From: Bacteroidales bacterium
GTDB lineage: Bacteria; Bacteroidota; Bacteroidia; Bacteroidales; 4484-276
NCBI GenBank assembly: GCA_029934065.1
Contig: JAOZMX010000001.1
Coordinates: 2,305 to 66,304 of the forward strand
Reading direction: 5' to 3'
DNA: 64,000 nucleotides
The notes below the pieces were generated by a model that worked only from the letters and a program-made list of their open reading frames with translations, made no database searches and was not told the DNA's origin. Each line of letters opens with the position of its first letter. Positions within the stretch are counted from its first letter, which is position 1. The position numbers and the translations under genes are program-made. Shown here in pieces: positions 8,886 through 18,676 of the stretch.

Positions 8886-9907
8886 TTCACACCTCCTTCC
8901 TCGTTAATTTTTTCGTATGCAAGAATCAGGTCTTTGATGCGCGAGCCCATGGCGAGCGTGTTGTGATACCAGATGAGGATCTTCAGCATCTTGCCTTTGG
9001 ATCGCATGGTGGCCTGTTTGTCGTAAATCACCGAGTGGCGGTTTCCCACCACATCCACCGAAACGATGGGGTCTTCACAAATTTCGACCACACCGGGCAA
9101 TTTGGCTGCTGCTTTTTCGATGGCCTGATCAACTTGTTCCACTGTAACCGAATTGTCTTTCAGCACCATGGTAAGGTCCAGCAGCGATCCGGCGGGGATG
9201 GGCACATTCAATGCCGTTCCCTCGATACGGCCTTTGAATTCCGGCATGATCTCGGGTATCCATCGCGGCGTCGGGGTGTCGTTGGGAATGATATTTTCGG
9301 CTGCCGAACGGCTTCTTCTGAAATCGGTGCCTACGGTATCGCGCAACGGCTGGTCGGCTGTGTAGGAGTGCACCGTAGTGAGCATGGCATAATCCACGCC
9401 GAATGCTTCGTCAATGATCTTTAGCATAATGGCTGTGGCATTGGTAGTGGATGAGCCTGCAGAGATCAGCCTGTCGGATTTCTTCATGGTTTGCCTGTTT
9501 ACGCCGTTGATCACAATACGGTCAATCTGATCAGAGGGTAAAGATGACAGAATAACCCGTTTGGCTCCGGCATCAAGATGTCCCTGCATCTCTTTTCTCG
9601 ACCGGTATTTGCCAGTGGCATCCACAACCACATCCACATCAAAAGCATCCCACGGAACATCCGTCGGGGCAATGCCTTTCACGAATCTTGCTCTGCCGTT
9701 TTTGGATACCAGATAATTACCTTCGAGCTTGACATTAAGTTTGCCTTTGTTTCTTTTGGATTCTGCCTCAAGGAGATATACGAGTATTTCGGGGCGACCT
9801 ATGTCGCTGATAACCGCTACCTCTATCCTGTCGTCCTCAAGGCACAAACGGTATAAATGACGATTGATCTCGCCAAATCCCATTAAGCCTAATCGAACTT
9901 TTTTCAT
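8882..9907 (-). CDS. GAPDH-fold paralogue lacking the catalytic cysteine (probable pseudoenzyme)
   Basis: Collinear with gap over its whole length, but the key motifs are changed to GFGEINR, GSSTTNATAI, NDTPTPRWI and ALNVP. The start is taken at the ATG at 9907 (MKKVRLGLMGFG); the ORF start at 9946 is a TTG. Its stop overlaps the gap ATG. Confidence 0.8.
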   Translation of the reverse strand: MKKVRLGLMGFGEINRHLYRLCLEDDRIEVAVISDIGRPEILVYLLEAESKRNKGKLNVKLEGNYLVSKNGRARFVKGIAPTDVPWDAFDVDVVVDATGKYRSRKEMQGHLDAGAKRVILSSLPSDQIDRIVINGVNRQTMKKSDRLISAGSSTTNATAIMLKIIDEAFGVDYAMLTTVHSYTADQPLRDTVGTDFRRSRSAAENIIPNDTPTPRWIPEIMPEFKGRIEGTALNVPIPAGSLLDLTMVLKDNSVTVEQVDQAIEKAAAKLPGVVEICEDPIVSVDVVGNRHSVIYDKQATMRSKGKMLKILIWYHNTLAMGSRIKDLILAYEKINEEGGVK

Positions 9908-9992
9908 AGTTTTTCCTTTCTTTAATGATTTTTTACTCTTGAACAACAGCAGGAAATTTTAAATGTTGTCGAAATTAGAATATTTAACAAAT

Positions 9993-10520
9993 TTACTTTT
10001 TATCGGGTTTTTGGTACCATCCGGCGTACATGCCGTAACTTTCGGCAATTCTCTGGATTTCACCCACCACAAGTGCCTGGTCAATGTCTTTGATCTTTTT
10101 GGCGGGCATTCCGCCGTAAACAGAACCTGATTTGACGATGGTGTTCTTGACTACCACCGCTCCCGCTGCAATGATCGAATTGCTTTCGATAACGGCGTGA
10201 TCCATGATGACGGCGCCCATGCCGATCAATACATTGTCGTGAATGGTACAGCCGTGAACAACGGCACCGTGGGCAATGGAAACATAATTGCCGATATTAA
10301 CCGGTGCTTTTTTATAAGTACAATGAATGACCACACCGTCCTGAACGTTGACGTGATGGCCGATCCGGATGTAGTGAACATCCCCGCGCACCACTGCATT
10401 AAACCAAAAGCTGCAATCGTCGCCGGCGATAACATCACCCACAATGGTTGCATTTTCGGCAAGAAAACAATTTTTACCGAATCGGGGAGTGTGTCCGTTG
10501 AGCGATTTGATCAATGCCAT
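9993..10520 (-). CDS. gamma-carbonic-anhydrase-like left-handed beta-helix (hexapeptide repeat) protein
   Basis: 175 aa with repeated hexapeptide pattern and a His triad context (VHYIRIGHHVNVQDGVVIH...IAHGAVVHG). Confidence 0.85.
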   Translation of the reverse strand: MALIKSLNGHTPRFGKNCFLAENATIVGDVIAGDDCSFWFNAVVRGDVHYIRIGHHVNVQDGVVIHCTYKKAPVNIGNYVSIAHGAVVHGCTIHDNVLIGMGAVIMDHAVIESNSIIAAGAVVVKNTIVKSGSVYGGMPAKKIKDIDQALVVGEIQRIAESYGMYAGWYQKPDKK

Positions 10521-10565
10521 TGTCGTAGTGTTATTTTTCGGGTTTAAACATGTATTCTTTTAATT

Positions 10566-11084
10566 CTACCAGTTGACCACCGCTTTATTGAAAATATCTT
10601 CCACAAGGTATTTTGTGATTTGGGGGACAATGGTTTCGGTGACCGAATTCAAATCCTGTTCACTGGGATAATCTTCATATCTCGTAAAGGTTTGCTCGAA
10701 ATTTTGTGATTCATCAAAATAGTTGGTGAATTTCACTTTTACCGAGATGGACAAACGGTTGAGGGCGGCAATATCATCACCCTGTATTGCCGTGGGGCGG
10801 GTGTTGTAGTCCGTTATGGCGCCTTCAATCACCATATCGCCGCCGCTGTTGACCAGTGTCAGGCTGGTTTGCGCCTGAAACTTGTTGCGCAGCGCATTGG
10901 TAAAAGTCTGGCTCAACGTGGGGTTGATCAAAGGTGCATTGTTGGGGAAATTGGCAATCCTGATGGTTTTCACCTCCGGTGGAATGGAGGCCCCCGTAAA
11001 GGAGTAATTTACCTTGCACGATGAGATCAGAATCACCGCAAAAACTGCCGATAACAATAATGCTTTTTTGAGGAATCTCGTCAT
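10566..11084 (-). CDS. LptE-like outer-membrane lipoprotein
   Basis: 172 aa with a lipobox (LISSC). Its size and its position directly downstream of a sigma-54 activator match what I recall as a conserved Bacteroidota arrangement. The family call is from memory only. Confidence 0.55.
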   Translation of the reverse strand: MTRFLKKALLLSAVFAVILISSCKVNYSFTGASIPPEVKTIRIANFPNNAPLINPTLSQTFTNALRNKFQAQTSLTLVNSGGDMVIEGAITDYNTRPTAIQGDDIAALNRLSISVKVKFTNYFDESQNFEQTFTRYEDYPSEQDLNSVTETIVPQITKYLVEDIFNKAVVNW

Positions 11085-11087
11085 GGT

Positions 11088-12311
11088 TTAAATATCGTAT
11101 TCTTTGATCTTTCTGTACAATGTTCTTTCCGAAATGCCGAGGTCTTTGGCTGCGGCTTTTCGCTTTCCATTGTGTTTTTCCAGTGCTTTAATGATCAGGT
11201 CTTTTTCCTTTTTCTGGATGGATAACGATTCTTCGATGATTTCAGTATCCTGAAAACCCTCGTCGGGCAGTTGTTCGTATGGCGGTTGAATTTCGATGGC
11301 ACTGCTTACATCGTTGATGTTGTCAATGTCCTGATACAGTTTTTTGATCAGTTGCGGATTTGAATTTTGGATCTTTTTCGAATCATCCTGCTGGATGATG
11401 GCATGAACGGTTTTTTTCAGGTCGTTGACATCGTTGCGCAGGTCAAACAAGACCTTATAAAGGATATCCCTGTCGGTCATGTTTTTGTCTTCGGAATCTT
11501 TGGAATAAAGTACCGGCAATTTCGGAATATCGGCCTCGGGTAGGTATTTCAACAAAGTTTCCGGTGTGATCAGCCGTTCTTCTTCAATGATCGAGATTTG
11601 TTCCGTAATGTTTTTGAGTTGTCTGATATTTCCGTCCCAGCGGTAATTGATCAGCACATCAACAGCTTCCGGGGTAAGGCGAAGGGGAGGCATCCGGTAT
11701 TTTTCAGCAAAATCCGCTGCAAATTTTCTGAAGAGCAGGTGAATGTCCTCGGGGCGGTCGCGCAACGGCGGAATCTTGATAGGAACCGTATTGAGACGGT
11801 AATAAAGATCCTGACGGAATTTCCCCTTTTCGATGGCCTGCGGAATATCCACATTGGTGGCGGCAATCACACGGACATCGGTTTTGATGACTTTGGACGA
11901 ACCCACTTTGATGAATTCGCCCGATTCGAGCACACGCAGAAGCCTTACCTGTGTTGACACCGGCAGTTCGGCCACCTCGTCGAGAAACAAGGTACCGCCG
12001 TTGACCACTTCGAAATAACCCTTCCGGGCTTCGTGGGCTCCGGTAAAAGAGCCTTTTTCGTGACCAAACAATTCCGAATCGATGGTTCCTTCGGGAATTG
12101 CTCCGCAGTTAACAGCGATATACGGCCCGTGTTTCCGGGAACTTAAATGATGAATGATCTGCGGAAAAACCTCTTTGCCCGTACCGCTCTCTCCCATGAT
12201 CAACACCGTAAGGTCGGTGGGGGCCACTTGCACGGCAATGTCAATGGCTCTGTTCAGCATGGGGTTGTTCCCGATGATTCCGAATCTTTGTTTGATCTGT
12301 TGAATATCCAT
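11088..12311 (-). CDS. sigma-54-dependent AAA+ transcriptional activator (no receiver domain)
   Basis: Has Walker A (GESGTGKE), a GAFTGA-type loop (GSFTGA), Walker B (LFLDEV), and a C-terminal Fis-type HTH (AAKDLGISERTLYRKIKEY). Confidence 0.9.
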   Translation of the reverse strand: MDIQQIKQRFGIIGNNPMLNRAIDIAVQVAPTDLTVLIMGESGTGKEVFPQIIHHLSSRKHGPYIAVNCGAIPEGTIDSELFGHEKGSFTGAHEARKGYFEVVNGGTLFLDEVAELPVSTQVRLLRVLESGEFIKVGSSKVIKTDVRVIAATNVDIPQAIEKGKFRQDLYYRLNTVPIKIPPLRDRPEDIHLLFRKFAADFAEKYRMPPLRLTPEAVDVLINYRWDGNIRQLKNITEQISIIEEERLITPETLLKYLPEADIPKLPVLYSKDSEDKNMTDRDILYKVLFDLRNDVNDLKKTVHAIIQQDDSKKIQNSNPQLIKKLYQDIDNINDVSSAIEIQPPYEQLPDEGFQDTEIIEESLSIQKKEKDLIIKALEKHNGKRKAAAKDLGISERTLYRKIKEYDI

Positions 12312-12438
12312 GATCTTGTTGGTGTGATTAGTTTTACAATACAGAAGGGCAAAAATACTATTTTCTTGTCAGAAATGCAGGGACTTTCAAAATTATCTGT
12401 CATGCTGTCACCTGCAAAAAGAAAACGCAATGTGGGCA

Positions 12439-13989
12439 TTAATGCAAGTCTGCTTTGATGATGTCCATGGCTGCTTTCACACCATCCACTGCCGAGCTGG
12501 TGATTCCGCCGGCGTAACCGCTGCCTTCGCCGACGATAAAAATATTTCCGAAACCTTCGCAGCGGCGGTGTTCATCACGGACTGCCTGTACGGGGGCGGA
12601 GGTTTTGGTTTCGAGACCCAGCATCACGCCGGTTTCAAAACCTTTGATCTTTTGCGAAAAGTTTTGCAATCCTTCACGCAGTGACCGGATCAATTCCGGT
12701 GGGAGCAACTCCTCGAAATCATAAGGGAATGTTCCCAGCGGATAACTGTTTCCGGGGATTTGTTGTGATATGCGTTGGTGTAAAAAATCGTTGATCTTAT
12801 TTGCGGGGATGCGGTAACTCTCCGTAAGATGAAATATTTTCCGTTCCGTTTCTTCCACCCACTGAAGCGATTCTTCAAATCCGGCCTTTTTCCGGAGTAG
12901 CTGCTCGAGGTTAACACCTACCACAATGGCGGCATTGGCAAAGGGCGAATTGCGGGCATAATCCGAAACGCCGTTAACGATGCTGTGCCGGTGTACCGGT
13001 GCCGAAGGAACAACCTTGCCGCCCGGGCACATGCAAAATGAATAGACGGGCAGATCATTTGAAGCGGTGAACGTCAGCCGGTACTCGGCAGCTTTTACAC
13101 CCGGCAGGCGGGGCGACAGCCATTGTGCCCGGTTGATCAGTTCCTGGGGGTGTTCAACCCTGACGCCTACGGCAAAGGGCTTGCCGCGGAAAAGAATCCC
13201 GTGACGATGCAGCATCCTGTAGGTGGCATAGGATGAATGCCCCGGTGCGGCAATGAAAATGTCGCAGGGATAAACATCATTGCCGGCAATCACGGCAGAG
13301 CAACGGCTCTCCTTGGTCTCAAGGTCCGTAATTTCGGTATTGAAAAAAATCTTCCCGCCGAGATTTTTGAATTCCTCCCGCAATTGAGGTATCACAATGC
13401 GCAGCTTATCGCTGCCGATGTGTGGTTTGGCGAAATACTTGATTTCTTCGGGAGCTCCGGCATTTACATAGGTATCAAAAACAAATTGTTTTTCCGGGGC
13501 AATGCCTTTGGTACGGGTGGTGAGTTTCCCGTCCGAAAAGGTTCCGGCACCTCCTTCGCCGTGGCAATAGTTGGAGTTGTCCTTAAAAAGTCCTCCTTGC
13601 TCAAACTGACGAATATCGTTGTACCGTTGTCCGGCTTCAGGTCCTTTTTCAAGGATCGTGACCCGGTATCCTGCTTTTTGAAGCACATAGGCCGAAAAAA
13701 AACCTGCCGGCCCGCTCCCGGCAACCACAACACGCGTTTTTCTTTTTTGATAAGGAATGATCAATCCCGGCTTTGCACTGAAATTTGCTCCTTTCAGTTC
13801 TTTGGAAAAGATGCGCAGATGCAGCCTCCAGTAAACATTGGGCTTGTTCCGGGCATCAAGGCTTTGCCTTAAAATTTCGTAACCGAAAGTTTTCAGCCGG
13901 AGTTTTTTGCCGATGACCTTCCGGATATCATCTCCTGAAAAATCAGTATGAAGCCTTAACTCGATCTCTTTGAAAGGGAGATTGTGCAT
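12439..13989 (-). CDS. FAD-dependent oxidoreductase (COG2509-like)
   Basis: 516 aa with a dinucleotide-binding motif (VVVAGSGPAGFFSA) and a C-terminal GEGSGYAGGI motif. Confidence 0.8.
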   Translation of the reverse strand: MHNLPFKEIELRLHTDFSGDDIRKVIGKKLRLKTFGYEILRQSLDARNKPNVYWRLHLRIFSKELKGANFSAKPGLIIPYQKRKTRVVVAGSGPAGFFSAYVLQKAGYRVTILEKGPEAGQRYNDIRQFEQGGLFKDNSNYCHGEGGAGTFSDGKLTTRTKGIAPEKQFVFDTYVNAGAPEEIKYFAKPHIGSDKLRIVIPQLREEFKNLGGKIFFNTEITDLETKESRCSAVIAGNDVYPCDIFIAAPGHSSYATYRMLHRHGILFRGKPFAVGVRVEHPQELINRAQWLSPRLPGVKAAEYRLTFTASNDLPVYSFCMCPGGKVVPSAPVHRHSIVNGVSDYARNSPFANAAIVVGVNLEQLLRKKAGFEESLQWVEETERKIFHLTESYRIPANKINDFLHQRISQQIPGNSYPLGTFPYDFEELLPPELIRSLREGLQNFSQKIKGFETGVMLGLETKTSAPVQAVRDEHRRCEGFGNIFIVGEGSGYAGGITSSAVDGVKAAMDIIKADLH

Positions 13990-14010
13990 TGAATGAAACG
14001 CTGTAGAAAA

Positions 14011-14466
14011 TTATTGGTCGAAAAGATACATCACCCGCTTTTGTCCGTCGGGCACGCCGATGATGTTGTTGATGTAATTCGCCTTTTCGATTAACTGACC
14101 GCTCTTTTGGATGTAGCCAAACCCTTTGGGCATGCAGGTTCCCCATGCTCCCGACTGGATGCAGTCGTCAAAACCGGTAATCTTAACAATGGTATGCCGG
14201 CCCACGATGATGAGAGCGGTTTTGTAACCCTTTGCCGTTTCCAGTGCCGGTTTGATGTTTTCTTTGGTCAGTTCGATGGTCTTGGCGGCTTTGGCAGCAA
14301 CCAGTTCAGATACGGTTACCAGCGGCTCTCCCTGATTTGCAGTCTTTGCATCAATCGTGACCAGATTCCCGAGAAAATTTTGAAGAATTTCAATTTTTGT
14401 TTGTTGCGCAAATGTTGATGTTGCAATAAAAGTCATTACAAACAATGCGATGTTTATTAATTTCAT
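14011..14466 (-). CDS. small secreted protein of unknown function
   Basis: About 151 aa from the ATG at 14466, with a signal peptide (MKLINIALFVMTFIATSTFAQ). I recognise no domain. It lies co-directionally between the C25 peptidase and the oxidoreductase. Confidence 0.5.
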   Translation of the reverse strand: MKLINIALFVMTFIATSTFAQQTKIEILQNFLGNLVTIDAKTANQGEPLVTVSELVAAKAAKTIELTKENIKPALETAKGYKTALIIVGRHTIVKITGFDDCIQSGAWGTCMPKGFGYIQKSGQLIEKANYINNIIGVPDGQKRVMYLFDQ

Positions 14467-14552
14467 GATATGTAGGTTGATGTTTTTAAAGAAAAAGAAG
14501 GCAGGATTCAAAAAATCAACCCTGCCTTCCTGTCAATCGTTTTAATGATCAA

Positions 14553-17500
14553 TTATTTTTTTACCACCACTTTTCTGATGATGGTATTTTCGTTGCTTTT
14601 CAGATAAACGTAATAAACACCTTCGGCAAGATTGGAAAGGTTGATGTTTTCCGTGTGGCTTCCGTTCACTTCCAGTGTTTTGTCATAAACCGATATTCCC
14701 AGCGCATTCATGATCTTCAATTCCCATGTGGTGGATTGAAGTGCGTTGAGGCTCAAAACAAACTGTCCGTTGTTCGGGTTGGGATAGAGTTGGATGTTTG
14801 ATCCGCCGGTTTCGTCAATTCCGGTGTAATCCAAAACTTCAATTTCAAAATCACTGGAGTAATCGCCCTGTCCGCAATCGTTGCCGCCTGCAACTTTCAA
14901 GGAGGCTGTTCCGGTCCATGTATCGCTCCAAACGATGGTAACCGTATTCATGTTTATGGTCATGGCTCCCGCTCCGGAAGGTGTCAGCACCCAGTCGTAA
15001 TAAGTACAATTGCCCAGGTCAGCACAGGTGTAATCTTCCGTATTACCCAGGCCAACTTCCTGATTTCCCGATATTGGGCCGGCCTGTGCAGGAATTTCAT
15101 ATACCGAAATATAATTCGATTTCGTCATTGATGTGGAATTGGTGCCGTCGGAAATTTCCAGAATAACATCAAAACTTCCGATCGTGTTGTAAACGACGGT
15201 CGGGTTTTGGTCGGTTGATGTTTCGGGTGTTCCGCCCGGGAAGGTCCAGTTCCATGATGTTGCTCCCATGGAGGCATCCGAAAAATGTACTTCCATGCCT
15301 GCGCAACCTCCGGTAACATCTGCACTGAAGTTGGCAACCAGCGTGCTTGGCAACAAGCCGAAATAGTCAAGGTATTTTTCCATGAGCTCTCCGCGCATTG
15401 CACCGTCGAGGCCGCCAAATTCATGGGAGGCACCGATGGTCTGATATGTTCCGGCATCATTGGCTACTGCCGTACCGTAGGCCGGTGATGTATTATTCAG
15501 AATTACAAAACCCGATGTGGCTTCCAAATGGTCAATCCAGTTGTTGTCACCGCTGTAATTAAACGACATCCCTTCGGTAAAGGTTCCCGTAACTCCTTCG
15601 ATGACGGATAAATCCCCTGAGCCATCGGATACACCTGTTAAACCGAACATTGTATGCACGGCAGTTTGTGCATCGTAGTACCAGGTATCTCCGCCTTCCA
15701 TGTACAAGCTTCCGCCACCATTAAGAAAATCGGCCAATTGCTGTCCTTCGCCGTCCGTCAGCACATGATTATCCGAATAAATGCCGAGGCATACAAATAC
15801 CGAACTGTACAATGACAGATCATCAGGAATGGATGTAGCTTCATCATATGCAACTCCGATATCATCCAGTGCTTCTGCCATTTGGTTGGCCGAATTATGA
15901 TTCTCGTCCAGATCAACGATCAATACCGGCACCTGACCGACAACAATGGCGAAAGAACTTTCAGCCCAAAGGTCTTTGTCTCCGGTCATGTTAAAGCTGA
16001 AATCTGCAAGATGTCCTGTTGGTGTTGATTCATCGGCAGAAACTTCAAAACTCATTTCCGCATCGTCACCGGCACTGATGGAGCCATAAGTCATCTGACT
16101 TTGTGTAATGGTTATGTAGGTGTCGTTTGTTGTAAGTTCACCGATCACACCCGTAGCACCGGCTCCTCCCGTATTCAATATCGAGATGACCACATCAACG
16201 GTTTCGCCCGGGTCGAGCATTCCGTTATTGTTTCCGGTGTTGTCAATAATGGTATACTCTCCGTATTGTAATATACCGGCAATTGCATTGAGTGAGAAAC
16301 TGCTTTCCCATGTTTCGTCACCTGTAGCAACGACATTGAACACAACGCCATGGCCGTCCGGTATATCGTTGGCAACTTCCACTTCAAAAGCATTTTCAAT
16401 GGTTTTTGTTTCGTCGGCAGCAATACTTCCGAAATTCTCCGTACCATCGGTAATGGTTACATAATCATCATCCGTTGTAATGGTTACGACGACATTGTTA
16501 GCCTGTGCAACGCCAACGTTTTTCATTGAAAAGTCCAGTGTTGAAGTTTCGCCGTATTCCAGCAAGCCACTCGGGCTGTTAACCTCAGCGCCGGCAAAGA
16601 TCACATAAGGACCTGTTGGCGGAATGCACTGGATCGTCTCGTAAATTGTTTCGGCATTGAAAGCTGTAACTACCAGCAATACATCGCCCGGAAGAAAATT
16701 ATTTTCTATGGAAAAGTTCCCTGATTCGTCCGTGTAGGCAGAGGCGTAAAGATCATCGTGGGAGAGTGCAACCATGGCTCCTGCAACAGGTGATCCGCCT
16801 GAAGTGATTGTTCCTTCATAGGCAGCTCCCACAAGCATTACCAGATTCGAAACCACCAGTTCGGCGGGTGGTGCAGTTCTTATTTGTAATGAGGCATCCC
16901 CGAATGTCGTCCATGTTTGCATGGTGTTCAGGTCGGAACCCGAATTCGATTCGGTGTACATCAGGATGTCACCGTTTACCACTATCGAGCCGATGATGGT
17001 ACGACCTTCGTCGGTGCTGATGCCGCTCCCCGGATTGGTAGTGTAATCGTAACCGCCGGTTAAAATATCGTTGTAGTAATCCTGCCCGCGCATGGGAGGA
17101 TCCCACGGCTGGCTAATTGTTGACATAAGAGTCATAATGGCTCCGCCGTTCTCCTTCTTCAGCCAGGCTTCGGCAAAACATTCTCCACTTTGAAATTCGC
17201 CGTTGTTGCATGCTACCGAAAAGATAAACGGAAGCATATCCCCATTGTTCAGTTGGGCGACATTCGAATTACTGAATCCTGTCGAGCCCCACGATGTCAT
17301 GGAACCGTGTCCGCAATAATTAAGGATGCTGGCTCCGGCTTCGATGTAATCCTTGACCTGAGCCGCCGTTCCCGAAGGATCGTATGCCGTGCTGTAATTG
17401 TCGTATGTAAAGGGATCGAGTTTGTTGTCCCAGATCACATTCAGGTGTTCGTAATCCAGTTCGCCGTCATCGCCCGGACCCTGGTTGCTGGCAACGCCGA

Positions 17501-18578
17501 TGGCATTGGCATACCAGTCGCCCGATGGGTTCTTTTCGTAAGTGATCGTCTTGTTGACCTGAACGGTAACATCGTTGGGCGAGTTGGCCGAAAAACGACC
17601 CACTGCAATGTCCGGAAAATCATCCGAGCCCACCACGCAACCAAGCATGGGATCCATCGGTGCATTGGCACCACCTCCCAAATCGCATTTGATGTCGTTC
17701 CAGTCGCCTACCAACTGCACGTAAAGAATATCGTTGTTCTCGTCGTATTTTTGCTGGACAAGGTTTTTGACATTGGTTCCTGCTGAAACGATTTCCAAAA
17801 ATACATCGTAACCTTTTTCTCTTTTCCAGTCGATGTAAGGCTGAATGGCATCTTCGTCGCGGGCAGTGGCAATCACCAGAATGTCGCCGGCTTCACCCAC
17901 CGTCAGATCATCATCCGTTACGGCGGGGGTGTAGTTGATAAACACCGACTTGTAAATGGGTTCCATATCGCGGTAAATTTTGCCGGATGTGTTGTAAAGC
18001 GGGTTGACCGGCATACTGTTGTCGTCAGTCAGTTTTACCGTCACCGATTTATAAACGCGCAATGTTTGCGTTGCAGCATTGTAGCGGAAAGGATAAACAT
18101 AGATTGTGGTCCCTCTTACATCTTTGATGATATAAGGATCGGTAGCATCGGTAAGTTGCAATGGGTAAAATTCATTGACAATTGATTCCGGAGCAATTTC
18201 GTAAGGGATTTGCGAAGGGTCCTGATTCCTGTAAATAACGCCGCGGGAGGGTACCAAAGGAAAATCAAGCTGGTAATCTTCATAAGTCTCTCCGGTAACT
18301 TCCAGAGTTATATTATTGTCGGCCCCCAGTTGTACGTTAACATTAATGAACGGGAGTTCGGCAAAGCCTTTGTCTTTTGTGACAACACGTCCGTCAAAAA
18401 TAATTTTTGTAAAATCATTCCCATTGAGTGTTACAGGTCTGAGATCAAAATGATCGAGTGTAAATTGAACTTCAGATGTAGTGGGATTAAGTTTGTTAAA
18501 AGATACCTCATAACCCTGTTTGGCCTGCAGGCTGAACAAACTTCCGATGAGGATAACAGTTAAAAATAGTTTTTTCAT
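14553..18578 (-). CDS. peptidase C25 (gingipain-like) multidomain protein with PKD domain and T9SS type-A CTD
   Basis: 1341 aa with a signal peptide and propeptide-like N-terminus. Catalytic His and Cys contexts are NYCGHGSMTSWG and FIFSVACNNGEF. Has a PKD-like segment (VHFSDAS...WNWTFPGGTP). C-terminus reads IQLYPNPNNGQFVL...GVYYVYLKS...RKVVVKK. Confidence 0.85.
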   Translation of the reverse strand: MKKLFLTVILIGSLFSLQAKQGYEVSFNKLNPTTSEVQFTLDHFDLRPVTLNGNDFTKIIFDGRVVTKDKGFAELPFINVNVQLGADNNITLEVTGETYEDYQLDFPLVPSRGVIYRNQDPSQIPYEIAPESIVNEFYPLQLTDATDPYIIKDVRGTTIYVYPFRYNAATQTLRVYKSVTVKLTDDNSMPVNPLYNTSGKIYRDMEPIYKSVFINYTPAVTDDDLTVGEAGDILVIATARDEDAIQPYIDWKREKGYDVFLEIVSAGTNVKNLVQQKYDENNDILYVQLVGDWNDIKCDLGGGANAPMDPMLGCVVGSDDFPDIAVGRFSANSPNDVTVQVNKTITYEKNPSGDWYANAIGVASNQGPGDDGELDYEHLNVIWDNKLDPFTYDNYSTAYDPSGTAAQVKDYIEAGASILNYCGHGSMTSWGSTGFSNSNVAQLNNGDMLPFIFSVACNNGEFQSGECFAEAWLKKENGGAIMTLMSTISQPWDPPMRGQDYYNDILTGGYDYTTNPGSGISTDEGRTIIGSIVVNGDILMYTESNSGSDLNTMQTWTTFGDASLQIRTAPPAELVVSNLVMLVGAAYEGTITSGGSPVAGAMVALSHDDLYASAYTDESGNFSIENNFLPGDVLLVVTAFNAETIYETIQCIPPTGPYVIFAGAEVNSPSGLLEYGETSTLDFSMKNVGVAQANNVVVTITTDDDYVTITDGTENFGSIAADETKTIENAFEVEVANDIPDGHGVVFNVVATGDETWESSFSLNAIAGILQYGEYTIIDNTGNNNGMLDPGETVDVVISILNTGGAGATGVIGELTTNDTYITITQSQMTYGSISAGDDAEMSFEVSADESTPTGHLADFSFNMTGDKDLWAESSFAIVVGQVPVLIVDLDENHNSANQMAEALDDIGVAYDEATSIPDDLSLYSSVFVCLGIYSDNHVLTDGEGQQLADFLNGGGSLYMEGGDTWYYDAQTAVHTMFGLTGVSDGSGDLSVIEGVTGTFTEGMSFNYSGDNNWIDHLEATSGFVILNNTSPAYGTAVANDAGTYQTIGASHEFGGLDGAMRGELMEKYLDYFGLLPSTLVANFSADVTGGCAGMEVHFSDASMGATSWNWTFPGGTPETSTDQNPTVVYNTIGSFDVILEISDGTNSTSMTKSNYISVYEIPAQAGPISGNQEVGLGNTEDYTCADLGNCTYYDWVLTPSGAGAMTINMNTVTIVWSDTWTGTASLKVAGGNDCGQGDYSSDFEIEVLDYTGIDETGGSNIQLYPNPNNGQFVLSLNALQSTTWELKIMNALGISVYDKTLEVNGSHTENINLSNLAEGVYYVYLKSNENTIIRKVVVKK

Positions 18579-18676
18579 AAGAAATAGGTTTAAATAATAC
18601 TGGTTGATTTATTGAATGATTATGGTAAAGAAATCATGGCCGGAAAAAGAATCCGGCCATGAAATGAGATTAAATT

